Positions 9,647 through 17,318 of a stretch of 61,841 bases of DNA are shown one piece after another. Source of the DNA: a virus (lineage: Duplodnaviria; Caudoviricetes); the IMG/VR virus record IMGVR_UViG_3300036859_000137, positions 1 to 61,841 of that record. One strand, 5' to 3'. The position numbers and the translations under genes are program-made. The notes under the pieces are model-generated. The model was not told where the DNA came from, did not search any database, and saw only the letters and a list, made by a program, of their open reading frames with translations. How positions within the stretch are numbered: the stretch's first letter is position 1; every line of letters begins with the position of its first letter.

Positions 9647-9694
9647 CTGTGAGGCCCCCTGTGAAGAGCCCTGTGAGCCGGGGCTGTGAAGAGC
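9647..9694 (+). repeat. Short direct-repeat array, candidate clt (cis-acting locus of transfer)
   Basis: CTGTGA(G/A) at 9647, 9659, 9671, 9684, downstream of traB. Confidence 0.5.
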
Positions 9695-9749
9695 ATCTGA
9701 CCTGAGCTGTCCCGCAAGATTCACTACCGACCAGAACAGGAACTCGATC

Positions 9750-10136
9750 ATGACCGACCACGACGAGGTAGAGCTTTACCGGGAGCGGCTCCCCGCTCTT
9801 GTGGACTGGCTCAAGGGTGATCAGATCAAGCGCGCCGTCGAGAGCGGACAGCCGATCATCAACATCACGATCAACGAGGCGCCCCGTCCGGCGCCGCCCG
9901 CTCCGCCGGAGCCGAACATCGCGACCAAGTACGCCGGGCATCTCGTGCTGGCCACTTGGTCCGCGATCGTCTTCGCCGGGATCGCGGTCGTCTTCGTGAT
10001 GATCGCGGAAGCCATCATGATCGCGATGATCTCCCTGGCGGTCTGTGCCATCGCCATCGCGGCGGCCGTCCGGTCCCTCCGGATGTCCAAGGAAGAGGCG
10101 AAGGCGGTCGTCAGGGGACGCCAGGGGCGCCGGTAG
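9750..10136 (+). CDS. SpdD-like spread membrane protein
   Basis: Pro-rich linker then long hydrophobic stretch ending 'SLAVCAIAIAAAVRSLR', like SpdD-type proteins; within tra module. Confidence 0.55.
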   Translation: MTDHDEVELYRERLPALVDWLKGDQIKRAVESGQPIINITINEAPRPAPPAPPEPNIATKYAGHLVLATWSAIVFAGIAVVFVMIAEAIMIAMISLAVCAIAIAAAVRSLRMSKEEAKAVVRGRQGRR

Positions 10137-10300
10137 GCGCGGCCGGTCCCTCCCTACAGGGGAAGGCGCGCAGGCGCGTATATGCGCGCGTATGGCCACG
10201 GATTCAAAGGAAAGACACGGGAAAAGATCATCATAAGAAGATCCTCGGCCGGTTCTGTACCACGGTCCGAAGGAGGATTGGCCAAAAGATCAGAGATTCC

Positions 10301-10334
10301 AAGGGTCCCCAGCCTGCCAGCCGGGGGCCCTTTT
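10301..10334 (+). terminator. Terminator-like hairpin closing the tra module
   Basis: AAGGGTCCCC...GGGGGCCCTT followed by TT. Confidence 0.55.
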
Positions 10335-10383
10335 GATCTCCAAAATTAGTCCATGATTTTTTCCATACCCCCTTTGACCTGCG

Positions 10384-10432
10384 CTTATGTACCATAAGAT
10401 CATTTGCCATCCTTCCCAATCGGCTGTATGTT
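10384..10432 (+). promoter_or_regulatory. Housekeeping-sigma promoter with adjacent palindromic operator-like site
   Basis: -35 TTGCCA (10404-09), 17-bp spacer, -10 TATGTT (10427-32); CTTATG-TAC-CATAAG at 10384-98. Confidence 0.65.
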
Positions 10433-10438
10433 GGACAC

Positions 10439-10875
10439 GTACCAAAGAACAGCGGGTGATCGGCCCCCCGGGAAGCAAGATCCGGGAACGTCGCAAGATC
10501 CGAAAGGGTCCGTGATCACCTAAGAAGGCAGACAACCCACCGCCTTGATCGTCGGGAGACAGATCGAAGAGCTGAAATGCGGGGATGACGGACCGGAGGG
10601 TCCCCCAAAAAATCACTCGAAGATCCAAGGGAACGGACCGAATCGAACCCGGAGGTCCTTGATCACAAACCACCGCCTTTCCGGCGCTGAGAGATCAAGG
10701 GCAGATGGCGGAGGCGGAAACCTTGTACCGGATGGCTGGACAGCCGTGGATCGAACGGATCAAGATCAGGCCGAGGTGATGATCGCAATGGTCGAGGGGA
10801 TCTCGACACAGTCGATCACCCGAGGGAATCTGATGATCCGAAAATGGACCGGGGGGAGATCCCGGCATCATCTAC
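10439..10875 (+). ncRNA. Candidate large structured non-coding RNA
   Basis: No credible ORF; many helices and GNRA/T-loop-like loops; lies between promoter and tRNA-like element. Confidence 0.45.
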
Positions 10876-10877
10876 AT

Positions 10878-10953
10878 GGCGGCGCTGCGATAGACACCGG
10901 ATCGGAAGCCGGGATCGCGAGACGCTGAGGGGGTTCGAATCCCCCCGCCGCTA
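10878..10953 (+). ncRNA. tRNA-like element (degenerate type II, no proper D stem, non-canonical anticodon loop)
   Basis: Acceptor GGCGGCG/CGCCGCT, T arm GGGGG-TTCGAAT-CCCCC, CCGG/CCGG stem with 8-nt loop, GCG-AGA-CGC variable-arm-like hairpin. Confidence 0.6.
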
Positions 10954-11029
10954 CTGATCGACCGGCCGCGAGCGCGCCACAGCGTGGAAGCCGGTCGATC
11001 TTTCGCAGGTATGGACAGAGGAGCCGATC

Positions 11030-11191
11030 ATGCAGTTCAACCAGTTCAAGAGCGTCGATGAATTCCTCAAGATCGCTACGGAGAACGGTGTGGTGGTCAG
11101 CCGGGAGGACGTCGATCAATCGGCAGCCGGTGATCTCTTCGTGGACGACATGAACGCTGAAGAGTGGCTGGAGATCATGACGCAGGATTGA
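11030..11191 (+). CDS. Small hypothetical protein (53 aa)
   Basis: MQFNQFKSVDEFLK...; start inside repeat motif; below ORF-track cutoff. Confidence 0.65.
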   Translation: MQFNQFKSVDEFLKIATENGVVVSREDVDQSAAGDLFVDDMNAEEWLEIMTQD

Positions 11192-11275
11192 TCATGCTTC
11201 GAGGGTCCGGCCGGATCGACCGGCCGGATCTTCGGTGAGTTGATCAAACCCACCGTACGGACAGAGGAGCCGACG

Positions 11276-11431
11276 ATGAGCGAGGCCGACGAGATCATGC
11301 GATTCCAGATCACCGTGTTCGCGATCGAGATAATCGATCATTACATCGCCTGCCAGCAGGTGATCGACGAGACAGTGATCGACATCGCTGAATGCGGTGT
11401 GACCTACCCGAGCACGACCGAGACGGACTGA
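11276..11431 (+). CDS. Small hypothetical protein
   Basis: Start inside repeat motif. Confidence 0.6.
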   Translation: MSEADEIMRFQITVFAIEIIDHYIACQQVIDETVIDIAECGVTYPSTTETD

Positions 11432-11441
11432 GGAGCCGACC

Positions 11442-11675
11442 ATGATCGACATTCGCGAAGCCAGCCTGACCAACCCCGACCCCCGGCCGCGCCCCCGCAA
11501 CGAGTACCAAGATCAGTCGGTGTGGTTCGAGGTTCAGGGCAAGTACAACGGCCGGTGGGAGATGCTCACCACGGACGACACCCGCGAGGGTGCCAACGAG
11601 ACCAAGAGCGAGTACGAGGAGAACGCCCCCGAGACCCTGTATCGAGTGGTCCGGAAGAGCGGTCTCGCTGAATGA
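11442..11675 (+). CDS. Small hypothetical phage protein
   Basis: Start inside repeat motif; 'VQGKYNGRWEMLT...EYEENAPETLYRVVRK'. Confidence 0.7.
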   Translation: MIDIREASLTNPDPRPRPRNEYQDQSVWFEVQGKYNGRWEMLTTDDTREGANETKSEYEENAPETLYRVVRKSGLAE

Positions 11676-11750
11676 TCATTGCTTGAGGGCTCGGGCCGAT
11701 CATGGTCCGAGCCTTCACTGAAGTGATCATTACGGACCGAGGAGCCGATC

Positions 11751-11909
11751 ATGACCGCTAAGACCGCGACCGTACGCAAGAGCGTCCGGCGCCGCGCCGG
11801 TCGCCAGCACATCAGCGACCGCCGGTACTACGTGCAGTGCGCCTACCGCCTCTCGATGGCGATCATCACCCTGGTCGCCCTCTTCGTGATCACACACAAC
11901 GGAGGCTGA
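11751..11909 (+). CDS. Small membrane protein (52 aa)
   Basis: Start inside repeat motif; basic N-terminus plus one TM segment. Confidence 0.6.
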   Translation: MTAKTATVRKSVRRRAGRQHISDRRYYVQCAYRLSMAIITLVALFVITHNGG

Positions 11910-11911
11910 TC

Positions 11912-12136
11912 ATGAGTTACACGCGCCGCGCGTATGTCGACCTTGCCGCGATCCTCGCGAGCGAGGTCGACGAGACCGAGCAGTCGGAGTTCTTGACCGA
12001 GGCCGAGGTTCACCTCGCTGTCGAGACGCTTCAGCTGGTCGGCGAGAAGATCGCCGATCTGTTCGAAAAGGACAACCCCCGGATGTTCGACCGGGAGCTG
12101 TTCATGAGGAACGCCAAGATCGACACAACGGACTGA
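11912..12136 (+). CDS. Small hypothetical phage protein
   Basis: GGAGG RBS; 'IADLFEKDNPRMFDRELF'. Confidence 0.7.
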   Translation: MSYTRRAYVDLAAILASEVDETEQSEFLTEAEVHLAVETLQLVGEKIADLFEKDNPRMFDRELFMRNAKIDTTD

Positions 12137-12146
12137 GGAGCCGACC

Positions 12147-12401
12147 ATGAACAAGATCCAAGCTGTACTGGCCAACTACGACGACAAGGGCGGCCCCGGT
12201 GCCGCTCTCCCGGAGGGCGATGTCCTGATCCTCCGGGAGTACCTGATCCTGAAGCTCGAAGCGTCCGGGGTCCCGATCGACGAGGCAGCGAAGATCGTCG
12301 CCGCGTTCCACTGGGGATCTTGGTCCGAGGGCTGGGAGACCGGCTATGCGTCGGCGAAGAGCTTCTACGGTGAGCGTTTCTCCCTGGGGAGCCGGTCATG
12401 A
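12147..12401 (+). CDS. Hypothetical protein
   Basis: Start inside repeat motif. Confidence 0.65.
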   Translation: MNKIQAVLANYDDKGGPGAALPEGDVLILREYLILKLEASGVPIDEAAKIVAAFHWGSWSEGWETGYASAKSFYGERFSLGSRS

Positions 12402-12760
12402 GCGAACACACGTTCCAGACCGCATTCGCCTTGATCAGCTCTCTCAGGGTCGGCGACCGGGTCCGCGTGCAGCGCGCCGGAGAGCGGGCATACGAGATGA
12501 CCGTCTCCCGTGGGCCGTCCCGGTCCGACGGCAACTGGGGATCACCCGAGAGCCTTCACGTGACGGTGACCTTCGGACCGGGCCGGTACGCCACCGAGGT
12601 CGGTGTAGACGATCTCTGGAGGCGCCGGAAGGGTCACGGATGGATCGGGGGCGGGACCACGATCGAAAAGATCGAGGAGCCCGACGAGGAGGTTCTGAAA
12701 GATCTTGACGTGATGTTCAGCCATCTGGCTGACGATCATGGTGAAGATGAGCCCGAGTGA
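12398..12760 (+). CDS. Hypothetical protein
   Basis: ATGA coupling, GGAG RBS. Confidence 0.6.
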   Translation: MSEHTFQTAFALISSLRVGDRVRVQRAGERAYEMTVSRGPSRSDGNWGSPESLHVTVTFGPGRYATEVGVDDLWRRRKGHGWIGGGTTIEKIEEPDEEVLKDLDVMFSHLADDHGEDEPE

Positions 12761-12986
12761 GCTTTGATCACTAGCCTGGCCAGGCTCACTACCTGAGCCA
12801 GGTACGGGGCGCGGATCACCGGGCGGGCACACCCCCGGGATCCGTCGCCAGCACAACCCGACCGGCCGGACATGCGACCGTGATCGACGCCTCGCTTCCC
12901 TCGGGACATGCGACCAAGATCACACCGACTCGCTTCCGGCCGGTCGGCACCCGGAGTCAAGGCAAGATCAAATCGAGGAGCACACC

Positions 12987-13994
12987 ATGTCCATGGAAAC
13001 CCGCGAGTGGCTGTCCAACAACACTCTGATCGGCTTCACCGAGAAGCGCGGAAACGCGTGGCACTACCGCCAGGGCGACAACAACCACTACCCCCAGGCG
13101 ATCCCGGTGGACGACGTCCTGAAGCGGCTGTTCTCGTGGAATCCGGTCAAGGTCCCCGAGCAGTGGACCGACCCCAAGACCGGCCTCACGGTAACCGGCA
13201 AGGACATCGTGATCGTCCGCGACGACATGACCGGTCCGGCCGCGAAGCTCGGCACCTTCACCGACGGCTACCAGCTGCACCCGTATCCGGAGTGGCTGGT
13301 CCACAACGTCTTCTCTCTCGTGGACGCGAGCGAGGAGCTGGGGGTTTCCTCCGCAGTCCTGCTCCGTGGCGGCAAGGTCGCCTCGGTGCAGATCGAGGTC
13401 CCCGAAACGTTCATGGGTCCCGGTGGGATCGAGGCCCGGCCGTTCCTCATGGCCTCGTCCTCGTTCGACGGGTCGATCTCGACCCAGTACGGCCGCGCGG
13501 TCACCCACGTCGTGTGTGACAACACGATGAACGCGGGGCTGAACGAGAAGGGCGGAAAGATCAAGATCCGGCACACCCGGAACAGCCTGGACGGCAAGGT
13601 CCAGGCCGCCCGCGAGGCGCTGGAACTGATCATGACCACGAAGGACGAGTTCTTCGCAGAGGTCGAGACGCTCTTGGACACCGAGCTGACCGACCGCGCG
13701 TTCGACGAGATCGTGGCCGAGCTGGTCCCCCTGGACGACGACGCGACCAAGCGTTCGGTGACCATGGCGATCAACAAGCGCGAGAAGCTGTACGGCCTCC
13801 GCTCGGACGACCGGGTCGCCCCCTGGTGGGGTACGGCGTTCGGTGGCGTCCAGCTCCTGAACACCTTCCGCCAGCACGAGCAGATCGTCCGTGGGGCCCA
13901 CCGGCCGGAGCGGAACATGCTCAACACCGTGTTGGGCAACACCGAGACCGAGGACCGGAGCGATCTTGCCCTCGTCCTGGCACACACCGGCTGA
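12987..13994 (+). CDS. DUF932-family phage/plasmid protein
   Basis: 'AWHY', 'LRGGK', 'SSFDGS', 'VVCDNTM', 'KIRHT', 'GTAFGGVQLLNTF..H' pattern; GAGGAG RBS. Confidence 0.8.
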   Translation: MSMETREWLSNNTLIGFTEKRGNAWHYRQGDNNHYPQAIPVDDVLKRLFSWNPVKVPEQWTDPKTGLTVTGKDIVIVRDDMTGPAAKLGTFTDGYQLHPYPEWLVHNVFSLVDASEELGVSSAVLLRGGKVASVQIEVPETFMGPGGIEARPFLMASSSFDGSISTQYGRAVTHVVCDNTMNAGLNEKGGKIKIRHTRNSLDGKVQAAREALELIMTTKDEFFAEVETLLDTELTDRAFDEIVAELVPLDDDATKRSVTMAINKREKLYGLRSDDRVAPWWGTAFGGVQLLNTFRQHEQIVRGAHRPERNMLNTVLGNTETEDRSDLALVLAHTG

Positions 13995-13996
13995 TT

Positions 13997-14173
13997 ATGA
14001 CCGCCCTGGTATGGCTGTGGCTGGCGGGGATCTTCCCGCTGGCCACGGTCGCGGCGGTCCGGCCGCACCGGATCTCCCGGGAAGCGCACATTCTGATCTT
14101 CGTCGTTCTGATCATGGCGTGGATCTGGTGGGGAGCCCTGGTGGTTCTTCCGTCTGTATCTGATATCAGCTGA
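13997..14173 (+). CDS. Small membrane protein
   Basis: Two hydrophobic segments; starts 3 nt after upstream stop. Confidence 0.5.
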   Translation: MTALVWLWLAGIFPLATVAAVRPHRISREAHILIFVVLIMAWIWWGALVVLPSVSDIS

Positions 14174-14462
14174 ACGCAGCATGGCGGCCGGTCTCCCTTC
14201 GGGGAGGCCGACCGGCCACGGGTGCTCAGACATCGGAGGTAGCGATCATGGAAAAGTCACCCCTTCAAAGGATCAAGGACGAAGCGTCCGCGATGATCCT
14301 AAACGATCCCGAGCTGGCCGATCAGATGAACCGGTTGATCGTCGAGGCATTCGACGCCGGGGCGCACGCGGTGAGCGAGATGTACGCCGAACTCAACAAG
14401 AGCTGAACGCAGCATGGCGGCCGGTCTCCCTTCGGGGAGGCCGACCGGCCACGGGTGCTCAG
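14168..14462 (+). repeat. 62-bp exact direct repeat (14168-14229; 14401-14462) forming a hairpin
   Basis: AGCTGAACGCAGCATGGCGGCCGGTCTCCCTTCGGGGAGGCCGACCGGCCACGGGTGCTCAG occurs twice. Confidence 0.95.
14248..14406 (+). CDS. Small hypothetical protein (52 aa) between the 62-bp repeats
   Basis: GGAGGT RBS; MEKSPLQRIKDEAS...ELNKS. Confidence 0.65.
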   Translation: MEKSPLQRIKDEASAMILNDPELADQMNRLIVEAFDAGAHAVSEMYAELNKS

Positions 14463-14500
14463 CCGAACACCCTGATGATCATCCCGGATAGGTGGTCACA

Positions 14501-15025
14501 ATGATCCGCAACACGAACGAAACGATCACGATCGCGGACATCACGGTTGCCATGATCCTCGGGCGGCCAGTCACGATCGACTATGAGAAGGCGGACGGAT
14601 CACGGACGATCCGCGTCGTCGAGCCGTTCGAGATCGTCGACCGCGAGCACGCGGTGAAGCGCCCGTTCTTTAGGGCTATGGACCGGCTCAGCCACGACTA
14701 CCGGACTTTCCGGTTCGACCGGCTGTATGCCTACCGCGTGAGCAACGCTCAGGGCCGGTACCGGGTCCCGCGTCCGGCCCCCCGGCTGGTCCCGAACCTC
14801 GTCGAGAGCGACGCGCCGACCGCAGCAGCGAACCCCACAGAAACCTCGTTCGAGGTTTCGCCGGTCGACCCGAGCCACACCCCGGCGGGGTTCGCCCCCG
14901 ACGGCCTCGGGGCCCCCGACGACGGATATGACGACGAGTGGGGCGTGTGGCTGGAAAGCCAGTACGACCCCGACGCCCCGGTGCCCTATCTCCCCACCCC
15001 GTACGCACTCAACAAGGAGAAGTGA
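14501..15025 (+). CDS. Stand-alone WYL-domain protein
   Basis: 'VTIDYEKADGSRTIRVVEPF...RAMDRLSHDYRTFRFDRL'. Confidence 0.8.
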   Translation: MIRNTNETITIADITVAMILGRPVTIDYEKADGSRTIRVVEPFEIVDREHAVKRPFFRAMDRLSHDYRTFRFDRLYAYRVSNAQGRYRVPRPAPRLVPNLVESDAPTAAANPTETSFEVSPVDPSHTPAGFAPDGLGAPDDGYDDEWGVWLESQYDPDAPVPYLPTPYALNKEK

Positions 15026-15027
15026 TC

Positions 15028-15240
15028 ATGTACTGGATTCTCTACCGCGATCTTGTCGCGCATGAGCGTGTCCTGATGGAGACCGATGATCTTCAGGAAG
15101 CGACAACCGTCCTGGCGTACGTCGCGCAGATCGACGACTTCGAACTGATCGACTTCAGCGGTGAGCTGGACGGGGTCCTCGATTACCTCCTCGCCGGAGT
15201 CAAGCTCTTCACCAGTGCTCCGGCGAAGGTGGCGGCATGA
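15028..15240 (+). CDS. Hypothetical protein
   Basis: AAGGAG RBS, TGATCATG junction. Confidence 0.6.
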   Translation: MYWILYRDLVAHERVLMETDDLQEATTVLAYVAQIDDFELIDFSGELDGVLDYLLAGVKLFTSAPAKVAA

Positions 15241-15581
15241 GCGAGAAGCCGCGCCGGACCCGGGCCACCGAGGCTCGGGACACGATCCGCGATCTTGAGG
15301 ATCTCGGCCAGCCGGAATCCCTCTCCCCGCTGGAAGGATCTTTCTCTGCCCTCGGGATGCTGATCGTTGATGCGACGCTGTCCGCCGACGAGGAGGCGCT
15401 GACCGTCCTGCGGGACGATCTTCGTCGCCTGATCGCTATGCGGGACCGGGGAGAGCTGATCCTCGGAGCCGAGGAGTACGGCCGGTTGCGTAGTCTCTTG
15501 ATCGGTGCTCTGACGGGGCTCTCCCGGATCGCACCGGCCAAGCCCGGCCACCGCAAGATCGAAACGATTCCCGGAATCTGA
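15237..15581 (+). CDS. Hypothetical protein
   Basis: ATGA coupling. Confidence 0.55.
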   Translation: MSEKPRRTRATEARDTIRDLEDLGQPESLSPLEGSFSALGMLIVDATLSADEEALTVLRDDLRRLIAMRDRGELILGAEEYGRLRSLLIGALTGLSRIAPAKPGHRKIETIPGI

Positions 15582-15988
15582 CCGGAGATGATCATGAAGC
15601 AGTCCCGGGTCCAACAGCAGACACACCGACCGGCCCCGCCGGTCCCTCAGGATCATCGGTCTCCCTCCGGGAAGATCACCTGGAAGAACTAGATCTAAAG
15701 CCATGGACGGCCGTCAGACGGCCGCCGGGGGCGACCGTGGCGTCATTGGTCGCCCCTGGATATGGATCTTGTCCAGGCGGCCATTCTGTGCCGTCCTGGT
15801 ACCGGCCCGGCGCATCCCGCCGGTCCCGGTGTATGGTTGGAACGTTCCGAAGATAGAAGGGAGGTGATCAGCCTCCCTCGCCCCCGTTGTGTAACGGATG
15901 CATGCCGCCCCCTCAAGGCGGAGGTGCCGGATCGTGACCGGCCGGGGGTACGCAAGGAAAGATCACCACCGGACGAAGGGATCAAAGC

Positions 15989-16135
15989 ATGATCGCCCGT
16001 CTGATGATCGCACGGCGCTTCATCGCGCTCGCGCTGCTCGCCGTTCTCGCCCTCGGTGTCTGTGCCGAGTGCCAGAGCGGAGAGGGCGGCTGGTACCAGG
16101 GCGGAGGTGACTCCGTCCCCCGCGACCGGCGGTAA
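15989..16135 (+). CDS. Small protein with signal-peptide-like N-terminus
   Basis: MIARLMIARRFIALALLAVLALGVC...; AAGGGA RBS. Confidence 0.4.
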   Translation: MIARLMIARRFIALALLAVLALGVCAECQSGEGGWYQGGGDSVPRDRR

Positions 16136-16208
16136 CCGGTCACCCGTTCGGCCGGTCCCCGTTGTCCCCCCGACGGGGGCCGGTCCCTACCCGGAGAGGT
16201 ACACGATC

Positions 16209-16574
16209 ATGGCGCACGTTGTGCAGACGCTCGCGCAGGCGAAGGACAAGATCAAGGAACTTGAGCCGTTCCGGCTCCGGAGCGGCGAGACGCTCTCAGG
16301 CGGTCCGGCCGTGGTCGGTGTGTACGGCGAGCTGCCGGAGCGCTATCAAGAGGATCACGACGAGGCGGTCTACGTCATCACGTCGTACGAGACCCCGATC
16401 GCCTGGGTTCGCGCCGACGGGACCAAGGTGATCCCGGACGTCGGATACTCCGACACGACCAGTCAGCACCAGTACACCGTCAAGGCGGCCTGGAACATGC
16501 CGAGTTGGCCGCTACGAGGACGGGAGCTGCGCCCAGCCGGTGGCGGTCCGCGAAAGGGTGGGATCGACTCATGA
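16209..16574 (+). CDS. Hypothetical phage protein
   Basis: 'YVITSYETPIAW...YSDTTSQHQ' motif typical of small early phage proteins. Confidence 0.7.
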   Translation: MAHVVQTLAQAKDKIKELEPFRLRSGETLSGGPAVVGVYGELPERYQEDHDEAVYVITSYETPIAWVRADGTKVIPDVGYSDTTSQHQYTVKAAWNMPSWPLRGRELRPAGGGPRKGGIDS

Positions 16575-17164
16575 GCCTTGAGGGATACACCGGACCGACG
16601 TCCGGCCGGATCACGATCGGTGGCGACAAGCCCACCGAGGTCAAGCGCTTCTATGACAAGCCCCTGACCCGCGACGAGCGCAATGCCGTGGCGTGGTTCG
16701 AGGAGCTGTCTCCCCATGAGCAACTCCGGGAAGTCCGGCGCCTGAAGTGGAACCTTGATCAGGCAGAGTCCGACCGCGACGTCTTCAAAAGGACCGCACG
16801 CCGGTTGGACACGGAGATCCTCCACCTTCGTGCCGAGCTGGCCGCGAGGCGGCCGGACGGGTTCGAGATCCCCCGCGCGGCTGACGAGATCCTCAAGCTC
16901 GCGAAGGCATGGGGCTGGAAGACCGTGAAGGCGTGGATCCAGGCAGAGACGTATGGCGTCCCTGACCTGGACTGGTACCGGTTCGAGATTGCCATAGGCC
17001 GGGACGGGATCATCTTCCAGCTCTCGTGGTCCGTCCCGGTGGACGGCCACGGACGCGGTTCGATGATCCGCCGGGGGCTGGCCAAGTACCCCCGGCGCGA
17101 CTGGCACGATGCTCCGTCTCTGACCAAGATCAAGCGGATCATCAAGGGAGCCGAGGATGTCTGA
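16571..17164 (+). CDS. Hypothetical protein (coiled coil)
   Basis: ATGA coupling, 197 aa. Confidence 0.65.
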   Translation: MSLEGYTGPTSGRITIGGDKPTEVKRFYDKPLTRDERNAVAWFEELSPHEQLREVRRLKWNLDQAESDRDVFKRTARRLDTEILHLRAELAARRPDGFEIPRAADEILKLAKAWGWKTVKAWIQAETYGVPDLDWYRFEIAIGRDGIIFQLSWSVPVDGHGRGSMIRRGLAKYPRRDWHDAPSLTKIKRIIKGAEDV

Positions 17165-17318
17165 TGATCAGATCTTTTGGATCCTCGGTCTGTGGGTCCA
17201 CTGGATCATGCCCGTACTGTTCATCGCCATGATGATCTGTTTCGCCATGGCGATTCTCGTCAAGATCTTCCCTCCGAAAAATCAAGTCCGACCGAAGAAA
17301 GAAGACAAGGGATCATGA
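17157..17318 (+). CDS. Small membrane protein (53 aa)
   Basis: GGGAG RBS, single TM segment, stop overlaps next ATG. Confidence 0.5.
   Translation: MSDDQIFWILGLWVHWIMPVLFIAMMICFAMAILVKIFPPKNQVRPKKEDKGS

Larger units (their letters stand above)
11013..12149 (+). repeat. Start-associated 20-bp repeat GGACNGAGGAGCCGAYSATG (5 copies)
   Basis: Copies at 11013, 11259, 11425, 11734, 12130, each ending in a gene's ATG. Confidence 0.9.

Noticed and set aside
10545-10928. 127-aa ORF across the non-coding leader
   Set aside because: TTG start, no clear RBS, atypical composition, overlaps the tRNA-like element
11013-12149. Repeats considered as a CRISPR array
   Set aside because: Spacing is 165-400 bp and irregular, the intervals are ORFs, and no cas genes are present
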